Shown piece after piece: positions 15,890-27,870 of a stretch of 64,000 nt of DNA. The stretch comes from the human T2T-CHM13v2.0 reference genome, Homo sapiens. The position numbers and the translations under genes were made by a program. The notes below the pieces were generated by a model. It saw only the letters and a list, made by a program, of their open reading frames with translations. It made no database searches and had not been told where the DNA came from. Position 1 is the stretch's first letter. Each line of letters starts with the position of its first letter. Where the stretch lies: assembly GCF_009914755.1 (NCBI RefSeq), contig NC_060938.1. One strand, written 5' to 3'.

Positions 15890-18500
15890 TTTAGCGAGTG
15901 AGCCATTTTAAGGCTAATGGGATTCATTCATAATTGCATAGTTAAGGAAAATTTATGTTTGGTGGAATTAGCTGGGCTCCCTGAGGGCAGCACACACCAG
16001 AGAGAGACTCTCTGTTTCAAAGTCCCGTTTCCCTGTTTAAAATAGTTCGTCATTCTTTTGTGGCAATGGTTAAGAGCTCCTAGAGGCACGCGGATGCTTA
16101 TTTACTGATCCACAGATGACGGATGGTATATCCCTGCTTTGTTTGGAAGGGAAAACTTGAACAGCTTGTCTGCACCTCTCCACTCGGACATTAAATCAAC
16201 ATGGCTCTATTAGTGGCCTTGGGATGCCAGCTGAGCTGTCTCTGAGCCTGTCACCGTGATGTCTTCATCTGTAACCAGAGCAGACGTGAGCTCCTGGCAG
16301 CTTCAGGAGCTGACAACAAATCCAATTAGCTCCTCTCCACGGCGCCGCGGTGCCACTGCGAAACGGCCTGATGGGGAGGGTGGCTGCAGAGCCCCGCGCA
16401 GTGGGACACTCGCAGGAAGCAGAGAGAGAGAGGGAGGAAGGGGAGGAGAGACAAAAGGACCAAGCTTAATTGTTGGAGCGACTTTCAGCACGATTGGAGA
16501 GATACTCGTGCCAGACCGGCCTGAAACGGTCCAGACCCTTGGGCTCTCGGATGGCTGGCGAGGCCGCCAGGAGCCCAGCTGATAGTCCGTCCCGACCTTG
16601 GAACCTTGCTTGACTTTGATGGTGACTCTCTTGAGGAGGCAGTTAAATATCATTTTCCCTTCCTCCTTTGCGACCTTCCAGCCTCTTTCCCTGTTTCTGA
16701 GCTTTGTGCACAGTCCAGAAACAAACTGGAACTCTGGGTGCTGGTGGGAGGGGAACGTTCGGTATTCCTCTCGGTCAAGGGCGGCGCCCAAAGACCAGAG
16801 CAGACGTGAGCAGACGGACTTTGGCATGCGAGCTAAGAGTGTCTTAGAAGTGAGGTGGGGGTGAGGGTGGGAGTGTGGTGACAGCGGCGGGGTGGGTGGC
16901 ATGGAGGGCGCAGACTAAAAGCTCACGGCTTCCAGCATCCAGTGGGAGTGGAGGAGGAGGAAGCCGCCCGGATGGTGTGTGGCTGTTTGCTCTGTGTTTA
17001 GATCCTGGGGATGTTGACGGAGAAAGAGAACATCTTCTGAAGAAAGCCCAAACTCAAACCAGCTCAAAGAGTCTGAGAGTTCACTGAACTTTCCAAGTTC
17101 CCGAGAGGAACACAGTATTAACGGTTTCTTGGGTCATTTATTTCCTAAGAACGACTCTCCTGCCAGCCACGGGGCATTTCTAGCCATCCGCCAGCCCTGG
17201 ATACCCTTCTGGAGTCAGGCGTTCTCTGTGCTCCAAGAATAGCCAAGGAATGGATGAGAAGAGGGAAGTGAGAACCGGGACAGTCCCCTTGAGATCTCTG
17301 GGATGAGGATGTGAGGGTTTGGAGGAGAGGGGCAAGAAAAGGCGGAAGGAGAAGAAGTAACTGAGCCCCTAAACGCGGTCTCTGAATGCCGCCTCTGAAT
17401 GCTGACGTCTGGCCTGCAGGCTTCTACTCTACTGCGCCCTTGGTGAAGGGCTGGAGCGATGGGGGCGGTGCTCTGGAAACAGGGGGTGCGAGTCAGGAGG
17501 CTTTGACCCTGATCGTTGACTAGTGGGGGGCCATACTCATCCTCTCTGAGCCTCCAGTTCGCTCATTTTTAGAACAGAAAGAGGCGCAATCCTTGCAAGG
17601 CTTCTGGGAGGGTGACGCAGTGACAGCACCTGGCAGGTCCTCACATCCATTCCTTCCCTCCCTCTTTCCCTCCAAGGGGTTTCTGGACACATTTTTGCCT
17701 TGCATCTTCCTGGTTCTTTGGGGAGCATTAAGGTGGGGAAACAGCTCCCTGCCTGCAGAGGCCAGGCCTTGCCTCAAGAATGCCTCTGTAGTTTCACCAC
17801 GTGAAACGGGCCAATGTCACATTCCAGGGAAGGGCTCAGTGCACGGACTTCTCCCGGAGAGCAGGAATTTGCAAGCGTTGCCTGCTGGAGCCAGCAGGAC
17901 TGTAGTCAATGGCTAATGGCTGGCAGTGCAGGGGTCTCTGCTGCCAGCTCGCCGGTGGGGCTGTCGCTTTCTGCCACAACCTGGTGCTGTCTACCTGTAG
18001 GGGCTGGCAGCAGCAGGGCCCTTGGGGTGAGCCACAGAGCAGGGAGAGGCAAGGAGGAGGGGAAGGAACCAGGAAGTAGCTTTGTGATCCTTCTTTCAGT
18101 AGCAGGCTGTTGCAAAATGTACATTATCATAATCCAACTCATTCCAGATTAATTGGGCAGGATATAGAGGCATCTGGCTGCCGCATAGAGCAAGCAAAGA
18201 TTCGGCGTGCGCTGGATCACTGGACGGCTTTTGGAATCAGCCCCAGTGCTGCCAGGCACAATTATTTTCAGCAATGTCTTTCTGCCATTGAAACTTAGGA
18301 CTGTGGACTTTGGCATGCGAGCTAAGTGCCGATTTGCAAGCCCACAAATTGACACAATTCTTGATGCAAGATGTTGTACCAGGGCTGGAATGGCAGCGAG
18401 ACGGACCCCCGCCCCAGGCCATGTGGTAGTGGGGCATGCCGGGGGAGTGCTGTGCATGAGTGTGTGTGTAAGGGGGGGGGGGGGCGCGAGCAGAAAGAGG
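15890..18500. promoter_or_regulatory. Putative enhancer/regulatory block (repeat-poor, CpG-retaining)
   Basis: Elevated CpG at 16330-16980, 17370-17520 and 18200-18490. POU, PBX-HOX, MEIS, FOX, E-box and TCF motifs. Exact 18- and 22-bp repeats. Function is inferred only. Confidence 0.5.
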
Positions 18501-18899
18501 ATGGGGTAGCCTGGGACCAGCTCACAAAGGGTCTTTCAGGCCAACTGGAGGTTTTGTTTGGACTTTAGCCTGTGACAATGAGGGGGACTTCACTCATCTC
18601 TGCCATTGGTCCCTCCAAAAAGCCTTTCATGGCCCCCTAAGACTGCCAAATGGCCCCACGGGCTTCCTGTATGCCACTTGATGTCTACTATGATTTGTAA
18701 TCTGCATGGCAACTCATTCCTTATTTGCCATTACTGTGTGACTTGGAGTTACTTGAGAGAAGAACCATGTTTTGTCATCAGTTCCCTCATACCCAGAACT
18801 GTGAAGGCATGTTAGACACTCAGCCATGTTCATGGAATTGGTCACCATCAATGGGAGAAATATGACCAGGGTGGGGAGGGGCTGAGGACGGGGAACCTA

Positions 18900-19560
18900 G
18901 ATCAGCAAAACCTCCTGGGATAAAATGTCCACGGTCCAGGTAAGAGATGAGGAGGCTTGAGTTTTGAGTAGAAGACGTGGAAACGAGGTGACAAAAGAAA
19001 AAGATATTAAGGAAGTTGAATTCGTAGGATTTGGTCACTCTTTCAATGTGAGGCAAAAGAAGGAAGGTGTCCAGGAAGATTCTGGATTTCCATTTTGGGT
19101 GGTAGATGGTGGGAATACAGCCAGGGGAGGAGTGAGCATCCGGGAGTGAGGAGTTCAGGTCTGGGTGGACTGAGACCACTGGGGTGACTGTGGGACATCC
19201 CGGTGGAGAATTTCCACTGGATCCAGGGGTCAGGACCCCCAAAGAGGAGCATGGGTTGAAGTCCTGTGGGTCATCAGCTGTGGATGAGCCCTGGATGAGC
19301 CCAGGGAGAGGCTGAGAGTTGAGAACAGATGAGGGTGGAGGATGGAAGGCAGCATTTCAGGCTTGGGAGGAGGAGCCTGCAGGGAACCCCGGAAGTGAAA
19401 CTGGAGAGCTGTGGGAAGGGCAGGTGCGTGCAGTAGGGGATCAGGGAGCAGGGGATGCAGTGACTGAAGAGGAGCCTTTGGGTGTGACCACAAGGGGGTC
19501 CCTGGTGGCCTGGGCGTGAGCCTGTGGGTGGAGTCAGGGTGTGGTGCAGCCAGATGACAG
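18900..19560 (-). mobile_element. L2 fragment
   Basis: gtccaggtaagagatga...ggagttcaggtctggg..., typical antisense L2 body. Confidence 0.6.
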
Positions 19561-19709
19561 TGGGCTGGAGACCATAGGGGACCTCTTGGTTACCAACATG
19601 CTGCCACTTAGAATCACTGATCCGAATCATGTCTGGAGGTGTGACTGCAGCAGGAGGGCTCCAGGACCTACCTGGGAAGAGGAGAGCAGGGCTGGGAGTA
19701 GCTTTTCCT

Positions 19710-19870
19710 GGGACCCTGCTTCCCTCAGGCTGGATAGAAGAGCTGGGACCCAATTCTGGCTCTTTTACCTGCTTCTTGGAGTCCTTGGTGGTGCCATGTA
19801 ACCTTTCTGAGCCTCAATTTCCTTCAAGCTGGGAATTCAACAGCGATCAGTGAAATAATGTACACAAAGC
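19710..19870 (+). mobile_element. MIR SINE
   Basis: aacctttctgagcctcaatttcctt core. Confidence 0.6.
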
Positions 19871-19899
19871 GACAGTCAGTGCTCCATGGACGGGGTCTC

Positions 19900-20060
19900 T
19901 TACTGATCCTCAGAACAGCCAGTGGGGTGGGTGCTAGCATTCCTTCTACTTTCCAGATGGGAAACCTGAGGCTCAGAGAGGTTAAGTAACTGGTCCACAG
20001 TCGCACAGCCAGGAAGAAGCTGGATTTGATTCTAGGCAGCCTGACTCCGGAGCTCAGCAC
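19900..20060 (-). mobile_element. MIR SINE
   Basis: cagatgggaaacctgaggctcagagaggttaagtaactggtcca. Confidence 0.8.
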
Positions 20061-21024
20061 TGAACTGTGTGAAAGAACCCATACAGGGTCTTGGCCCTGC
20101 AGCTGTTAATAGATGAATATTAAATCAGCAAATGTGCAAGAAGGAAGATAATCAGATAATGTCACTCTAGGGAGAACTGGACTGTTGCATGAACCACAGA
20201 GTTTAAACAGAAACCCTTGTCCCCCTGGGCTTTGGCAGGACCCTTTGGTCCTGCAATAGAATCACACGGTGTCCTGTGTTCTGTGGGTACCTTCTGAGTG
20301 TGACCATAGCTTCGGGGCTCCTACCCATTTTCTGAGACATATGAGGGCCCAGCTAAAGCCACTGGGCATTTTGCAGGGAGTGGCCAGTGTTCCCTCACCT
20401 TTCTGTCTCCCTTCAGTTCCCTTTCCCTTCTTCCAGCGCTTAAGTACTGCCCTCCTCCTTCCTCCTGTCTATATGGTGGCACTGGGGGACAACCCTAGAA
20501 GAGTGGCCTGGAGGGAGGGAGGGACCCACAGGCCCACCTGCCATCACGTGGTTGTGTGCTGAGGGCCACAGGAGGTGGGTGTATGTGCCAACTACTGGGG
20601 GCACAGAAGAGGGTCTCAGCTCAGCCTGGGAAAGCTGATAGGTCATGGGAGGCTTTCCAGAGGAGGTGACACTTGGACTCAGTCTCATATGCCCAAGGTG
20701 GGGGCACATCCCCCAATTTGCTCAAGGTGAGTGAGGACACGGAGGGGCAGGTGAGTGGGGTGTGTTTAGAGTGGGGAGAGCAGTTAGAGCAGGAGGGGTC
20801 GACCGTAGGCCTCGCCTCTTTAGACCTCTATCCTGTTTGTCCAACCAAACCCCAACCTCTGCAGCCCAGAGCAAGGGTCACATTCATGACCCCTGGAAAG
20901 CCCTCTATGGACTGCTGTCTGTTCAGAGATTGCTGACAACATCTTCCCACTCCCCTCTCCGTCTGGTCCAATGGAGATGCAGAAAGACAGTGGGGAAAGG
21001 AGGATCCAGAACCCCAGGCTTCCA

Positions 21025-21396
<372 letters not shown>

Positions 21397-21947
21397 TTAG
21401 GAGGCAGAGCCTGATCATTGTGGTGGCTCCTGGCAAGTAAGGCTCAGAGTCAAGAACCCAGAGAGGGTCAGCAGGAGACCACAAAGGAGGGGCCGATGCA
21501 GGGCAGCGGCGGTTTGCTCTCTCCACACTTCTTTCAATCTGCTATGAGTGGGGACCCTAAGGCCTGTGGGTATGAACTCTGCTCAGGAAGGAAAGATAGA
21601 GGAAGCCATAAAACCTTAGCAGATCGGATCATTCAACAGGGAGTGGAAACTTCAAGACAAACATCTTGCTGGATGGGAGCGCTCCATATGTAAGCTCCAT
21701 GTTGGGGTCACTGGTGTATCCCCAAAACTAAGGCACCAGACACATGAAAGTTACTCCATAAATATTCGTTGAAGGAGTAAATGAATGAATTTAGCCATAG
21801 CCACCTCTATAGGTAAAAGCAGCAGCTGCTTTGCCCACAAAGTCAAAACCATGGCTAATACCAACTTTATCCAGATAATGAATTGGCAACTTCATGACCT
21901 TCTGACAAAGGGAATACATTGAAAGAATAAACAGAAATAACCAACAA

Positions 21948-22281
<334 letters not shown>

Positions 22282-22540
22282 TGAGTATGAATTGTCTGTA
22301 TGTGTTGGCTCTCCCACAGGAACGAGGCTCCTACCGCAACATGTGTTGCTAACCCTCCTTCAACCTTCTGCAAATCTCCCTCGGTCAGTTATCCCTCTTT
22401 ATCTTCTTCCTTCGTGGCTCCCTCTCAAGTTTGTCTTCTTATTTTGAAATTGTTCTGTATGTGCGGATCTCAAGAGCACAAACTGGACGAATCTATTTAC
22501 TCATCTTTCTCCTCTGTTAGAGATGACATGCCCTCATTAG

Positions 22541-22996
<456 letters not shown>

Positions 22997-23207
22997 TAGT
23001 TCCTTTATCAATTGCTGTATAGTTTTCCAGTGCATGAACATGCCATTTTTCATCTATATATTCTCCCAGTGGTGGGCATTTTTGTTTTCGATTTTGCCGT
23101 AACACAGGATGCTATAATGAACATTCTTGTTCCTGTCAGTTTGTATAAGAGTCTCTCTGGGTCTAGGCTACACATTTAGAAATAGAATTGCTGAATTGTG
23201 GATTGTG

Positions 23208-23420
23208 TGTGTGGTAGACGGTAAAACATGGCCACAATATTTTCAGCTTCTCTCGTTAAGAGGTGGCATCTGTTTCCTCACCTTTTGCATCTCAGCCGGC
23301 TTTGTGACTTGCTTTGACCGACAGAATGTGGCAGACGTGATGCTGTGCAACTTCGGGGCCTAGGTGTCAAGAGACCTTGCAGCTTCCATCTTTGTCCTTT
23401 TGGAAATTGACTCCACCTAC
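23208..23420 (+). mobile_element. MaLR LTR fragment (MLT1G/H-like)
   Basis: aagaggtgg...tgtgacttgctttgacc.acagaatgtggcaga.gtgatg. Confidence 0.65.
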
Positions 23421-23716
23421 AGATAAGAGGAGCCTCATCAACTAGCGTGACCTTAGGCAAGCCACCAGCTTGGCTCACCCCAAGCCACCAGCACCTTGAT
23501 TCCTCCCCTCTTGGCTCTCACCCAGGCTCTCTTTGGGACCAGAGTTTCCTTCCAGAGAGAGCAGCTGTCAGCCCCGACAGCATCTTCCTGGACTAACCAT
23601 CCAGCAGAGAGAAAGGTAGAAAGAGGACAAAAGAGGGGAGCACAGTTTCTACAACCTGTGATTGTTTCCCACCTGCCCACCTCCTTGGGATGTTCTGGGT
23701 AAGGAAAGGTCTCCTG

Positions 23717-23788
23717 GGAGAGGAGAGGAGAGGGGAGGGGAGGGGAGGGCAGGAGAGGAGAAGGGAGGGGAGGGGAGAGGAGAAGAGG
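23717..23788. repeat. (GGAGA/GGGGA)n purine-rich repeat
   Basis: gagaggagaggagaggggaggggagg... Confidence 0.85.
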
Positions 23789-25319
23789 TCTTAGGAAGAA
23801 GAAATGGGGCTCTGTTCTACCTATTTCTAGGTCTTTCTTCTCTGGGGGGTTCTTTAGCCCTCTCTGCAAAGGAGTCCTTGATGCCTGAGGGTGCTCCCTG
23901 GGAAGGCTGGGGAGAGGATGAAACCAACTTCCCATGGGTGCTGCGCCTCCAGGCCTGGCATCAGCCAGGCATGTGGCTATGTACCTCCTGGAGAAGAGAT
24001 TAGGGCATCTTAGAGATGATGCACTTTGGAAATTCAATTTCTAACCTTTCTACAGCTCCTGGAAACCGTCTTAGGTCCAGGATAATGTGAAATTCAGCCC
24101 CTCTGGGCCATGAGCATCTAGTCTGTGCTGCCCCAGAAGCCCCTGAAATACGCCAAGTTGTGTCTACCACGCATTTATCCAAGTCTCCTGGAGATGAGGC
24201 TCAGGACCCCACCTCAGCCCCCTAATCTGCCAAGGTTGTCAGGGGTGTCCCCCAGAACAACCCATCAGCCTTAGTCACACCATCTGCAGCAGGTGATTCT
24301 GTCTTCACTGTGCCAACAAGATGGTCCAAGCACATTATCCATGGCCGGAAGCACCGAAGTATCAGACCAACTTGCAAATATGGCACTTAGCACTCTCTCC
24401 TGTTGAAAAGTTAGACATGGCTATCAGTCTCTTGCTTCTTGAGATTGATTTGGAGAAATTAAATGATAACACGTGGATAGAGTCTTTCGCCTGTCTACGC
24501 TGTCTTCATCTTCTACCCAGTTCTAGCTGAAATGCACTCACCTGGGCCTCTGCCTAAATCTAGGTCTTTCAGTTTCTATCTGAAATGGTGAACCTGCGGT
24601 CTCCCTGAGGGTCAGTCGAGGTATGAGCCTGCTTCCTCTCAACCTGGCTTTCTCCAACTGCAAGTCCAATCGGAAGGGCGATGCCATGCCCCCGCTATCA
24701 TCCCTGTGTTCCACCTCAGCACTGTTTCTGGGTCTTTGGGCCTCTTTGCAGCACCGTGCCAGCCTCACACTGACTGACACCCAGATCCTACATCCAAGAG
24801 AGCCCACGGCAGGGGCAGCTGACTGTCTCTGATGGCCGCTGGTCCCATGTTCCTCAAGTCAAAGCTGTTCTCTCAGAGCTCCATAGTGACCTGCTTTTGG
24901 GTGGCAGTCTAGATCTTTGGCCACAGAGAAGAAATTTTTCCAGCTGGTGTATCTGAGAGGGGCTGAGCATGTTGAGAGGAGATGGTGTGGTCAAGCTCTG
25001 TGTTGCCAGCTTCTACATGACACCCCGGGGTTGCTTCTCTGTGGGCCATGAATGCACTTGTGGGGGATGTTTCAACAACAGATTGATCTGGGCTCCCTGC
25101 TCCCCCTTTGGAGAGATTCTGTTCCCTAGTGGAAAACCCACCATTCTTGAAAAGTAGCCCCCAGAATACCTGTACCTCCTGGGGCATGTAGGATTCTGTA
25201 GGTTGTAATCCCTGAGTTTCCAGGTTTGGTCCAGGTCTTCCCCACTACTGGCGTCACTCACCCCATCGCCTTTTCCAACCTGCCCCTTCTTCTTTGTCTT
25301 CTATTTTCCCCACCCAGGG

Positions 25320-27520
25320 ACCCCGGATGGAGGCAGGGTTACCGTTGCTCCTTGGCAACAGAGAGCAGTGACGTCAGGCCGCCGGACAAACCTAAATGCG
25401 CCTCCTCTACTGCTGCAGCTCCGCGTGGCTGCGGGGCCAGCTCCTCTCCAGCCCCCACGGGGATCCCAGGCTGGCCCAGCCTGGCGAAGCCCCTCCTGGC
25501 GCTCTGCCCTCTGCGCGAGTGGCGGATGCACTTGTGCTCCTGCCTGCCGGGGTTGCTACTTCCCTCCACTCCCTCTTGTACCCCATTCTTGGAAGCTGGA
25601 AAGATCTGAGAGCTCTCCTGAGGCCCAGCGAGAACCACACGGCACTTCTCCCCCATCGGGAGTCTCTTTCTCCTTCCTGGCATACGTTCCATCCCTTGCC
25701 CTTGCGGCACCTCGAGGGCACCCCAGTGGCCCTCACAGTCACTCTCTTTCAGGCCGTCAGCCCTGGCTCCCTCTCCCTGAGGTCCCCGCCCTCCATGGCT
25801 GGCTCGGGAACCCCCTGCTTCTTGCTGTTCTTCTGCCGCCTAAACCCAAGACTTCCCTTGCTTCTCTCTCCCACGGTTTCTGTCTGGGCCGCAAAACTTT
25901 TTAGCTGACTCCATGTTTTCTTGCGTTCCTAGTGGGTGTCCCCTTCTCCCCACCAAGTCAAGAGAGCCTTGAGTGGTGGTCTTCTGTCCGGAGCATAGCC
26001 TGACCCCGTCTCCTTCCTCTCTCACCCCAGCTCCGTGCTCACTGTGAGGCGCACACTTTGACTTCTAAGCCTCCTGCTGGCGTTCCTGTCAAAGTCAGCC
26101 GGCTCTCCAGCAAGGCTGCCTCCTCCACACAGGGCTCTGGCTGGAGGCAGAGTCAAGGATCCACTCTCTCCCTCCCAGACACCTTCTCAATCTTCAACCC
26201 TAGGGTCTGGAGCAGGCAAGATGTCCAACAAGCGCCTGTGGGGCCAGTGCAGAAACGGACAAAGGAGGCCCACCAAAATGACTCCAGATGGGCCCAGAAG
26301 GGGTGTAGGGTGTTCTGGCTCCTGCTCAGGCACAGGCGACGGCGCAGCAGGTGGGGACAGACAGAGTGGCCGGGGATCCGTCTGGGAGCGGCTGGGCTGC
26401 CTCGAGGGTGGAGGGCCCAACAGCCTTCTTACAGGTGCTCTGGGCAGGCCTCGACACGGGCCACGGTCGCCTGGAGGCTGAGCGGGCTCCAGCCGTCGGA
26501 GCTGGATTCCACCCCGAGCCTGGGCAGAAGAAATAAAGGGGCTCTCTTGCCAGCGCTTTCTTCCCAGTTACGGTTTTTGGCCCTGCCCCTGGTGCTCGCA
26601 CAGCCGCCATCTGGCTCTCTGCTGTGGCCCAGCCCCCGCAGGCCCGCAAGCTCACAGGCCTTCCTGGAGGGGCTGTTCGTCTGTGAAGATCCGGGGTCTG
26701 GGGAAGCAGCTTGTGGGATGCCAGGCTGGAATTTCTGAAATTCTGGGAGTGTCTCCCTAGCCGGGTCCCTGGCTGGCCTCTGCCAGCTCCTGCGAGACTT
26801 AGGCCTCGGTTTCCTTTTGATAGCCGTGGACAGTGCAGGCAGGTGCCCATCTGAGATCTCATCCCCCCGGGAGCAGAAAGTCAGAGCTGTCTTTGGGTCA
26901 CGCTGAATGCTGCCGCGGGGGTCCAGTGTGCTGGAGCACGCGCAGAATCCCGCTGCACGGCCGACAGCTTTGATGGACGGGGCCCCTCATCCTCCCCTCA
27001 CACACATTCCCCAATTTTATTTTGAAGGAAATATAACAACGCAATTAGCTATTCCTTTGTACGGGTCCAGTAAGGGAATAATTTAAAGGGACCGGCATGC
27101 TGGAATCGCCCTTCTCCTCCTCGCTGGGAGGCAGGAGTAGGAGCAAGCTTGGGAAGGAGGACAGCCTCACTGCCCGTGGACTTGGGGCTCACCGTGGAGC
27201 CCCTGGTCGAAGGCTGCCCACACTCTCTGGGGACTCTCTGCCCCGGTGTGACCAAGAGGGGTTAAAACACACACTCTAAAGGAGTTAAAATAAAAACTGA
27301 CAGACAAGCTAACACATCAAACACGACACTTCAAAGAGAAGAAGAGCCACAATGATGGAGCAGTGGAGCGTTCCAGTCCCCAAATGCTGGGAAACAAAGG
27401 CTGCTGCTCCGTGCCCAGGGCTCGCGCCGCCATCCGTATCCTCGCCCAGAGCGCTGGGGATGGGTCTTCAGGGACGACGTGACCAGTTACTGCACTCTCC
27501 GTGCCCAAGCACTCGGAGGG
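25320..27520. promoter_or_regulatory. Weak/orphan CpG-island-like region
   Basis: GC-rich and free of recognisable repeats. A hand count gives ~23 CpG in 26330-26700 (borderline observed/expected). Confidence 0.55.
25344..25376. promoter_or_regulatory. RFX X-box-like site plus full palindromic CRE
   Basis: GTTGCTCCTTGGCAAC (25344-25359) and TGACGTCA (25369-25376) at the edge of CpG-rich DNA. Confidence 0.55.
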
Positions 27521-27620
27521 GCTAATTAGTGCTTTTAATATGCAAATCAGAGCCTGAGCAGATTAAATCTAGAAAAAAAAACAGCTGGTGAATATGTTAT
27601 TTTAATTATTACTCCAAAGA
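26960..27620. promoter_or_regulatory. Putative developmental enhancer (TCF/LEF, octamer, homeodomain sites)
   Basis: CTTTGATG 26968-26975, CTTCAAAG 27329-27336, CTAATTAG 27522-27529, ATGCAAAT 27540-27547. Confidence 0.45.
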
Positions 27621-27870
27621 AAATATGGGCCTGGCTTAAGAGGATAGCAGGCGGGTGTATGAAGTTCTTATAGAAGGATTGTTGGTTAGTGGGAGAAGCC
27701 CAGCTCGGAAGGGACTCTGGGGAACTGATGTGGGGTGAGGATGCTGGGAGGGACCAGCACCCTCATCCTGGCCAGGCACCCCCGGCTGTGCACTCTCAGG
27801 CAATTGCTTTTTCCCCTGGGGCCTCTCAGCGTCATCATCGCCAGCACTGGGGGCTTGGATAAGATGATCC

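Noticed and set aside
16484-16505. RE1/REST-like site TTCAGCACGATTGGAGAG
   Set aside because: The spacer is 3 rather than 2 and the right half is poor.
16274-18326. CRISPR-like interpretation of the spaced exact repeats
   Set aside because: Only two copies of each word, irregular spacing, eukaryotic context and no cas genes.
16598-18509. Peptide DFGMRAK shared by two ORFs
   Set aside because: A by-product of the 22-bp DNA repeat, with no other protein similarity.
25505-26350. CTCF-like motifs (CGCGCAGAGGGCAG on the reverse strand; GCAGCAGGTGGGG)
   Set aside because: Mismatches at core positions, so they cannot be supported without a PWM scan or ChIP.
25226-26862. Multiple 120-226 aa ORFs
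   Set aside because: They overlap on both strands in GC-rich DNA where stops are rare, and none resembles a known protein.
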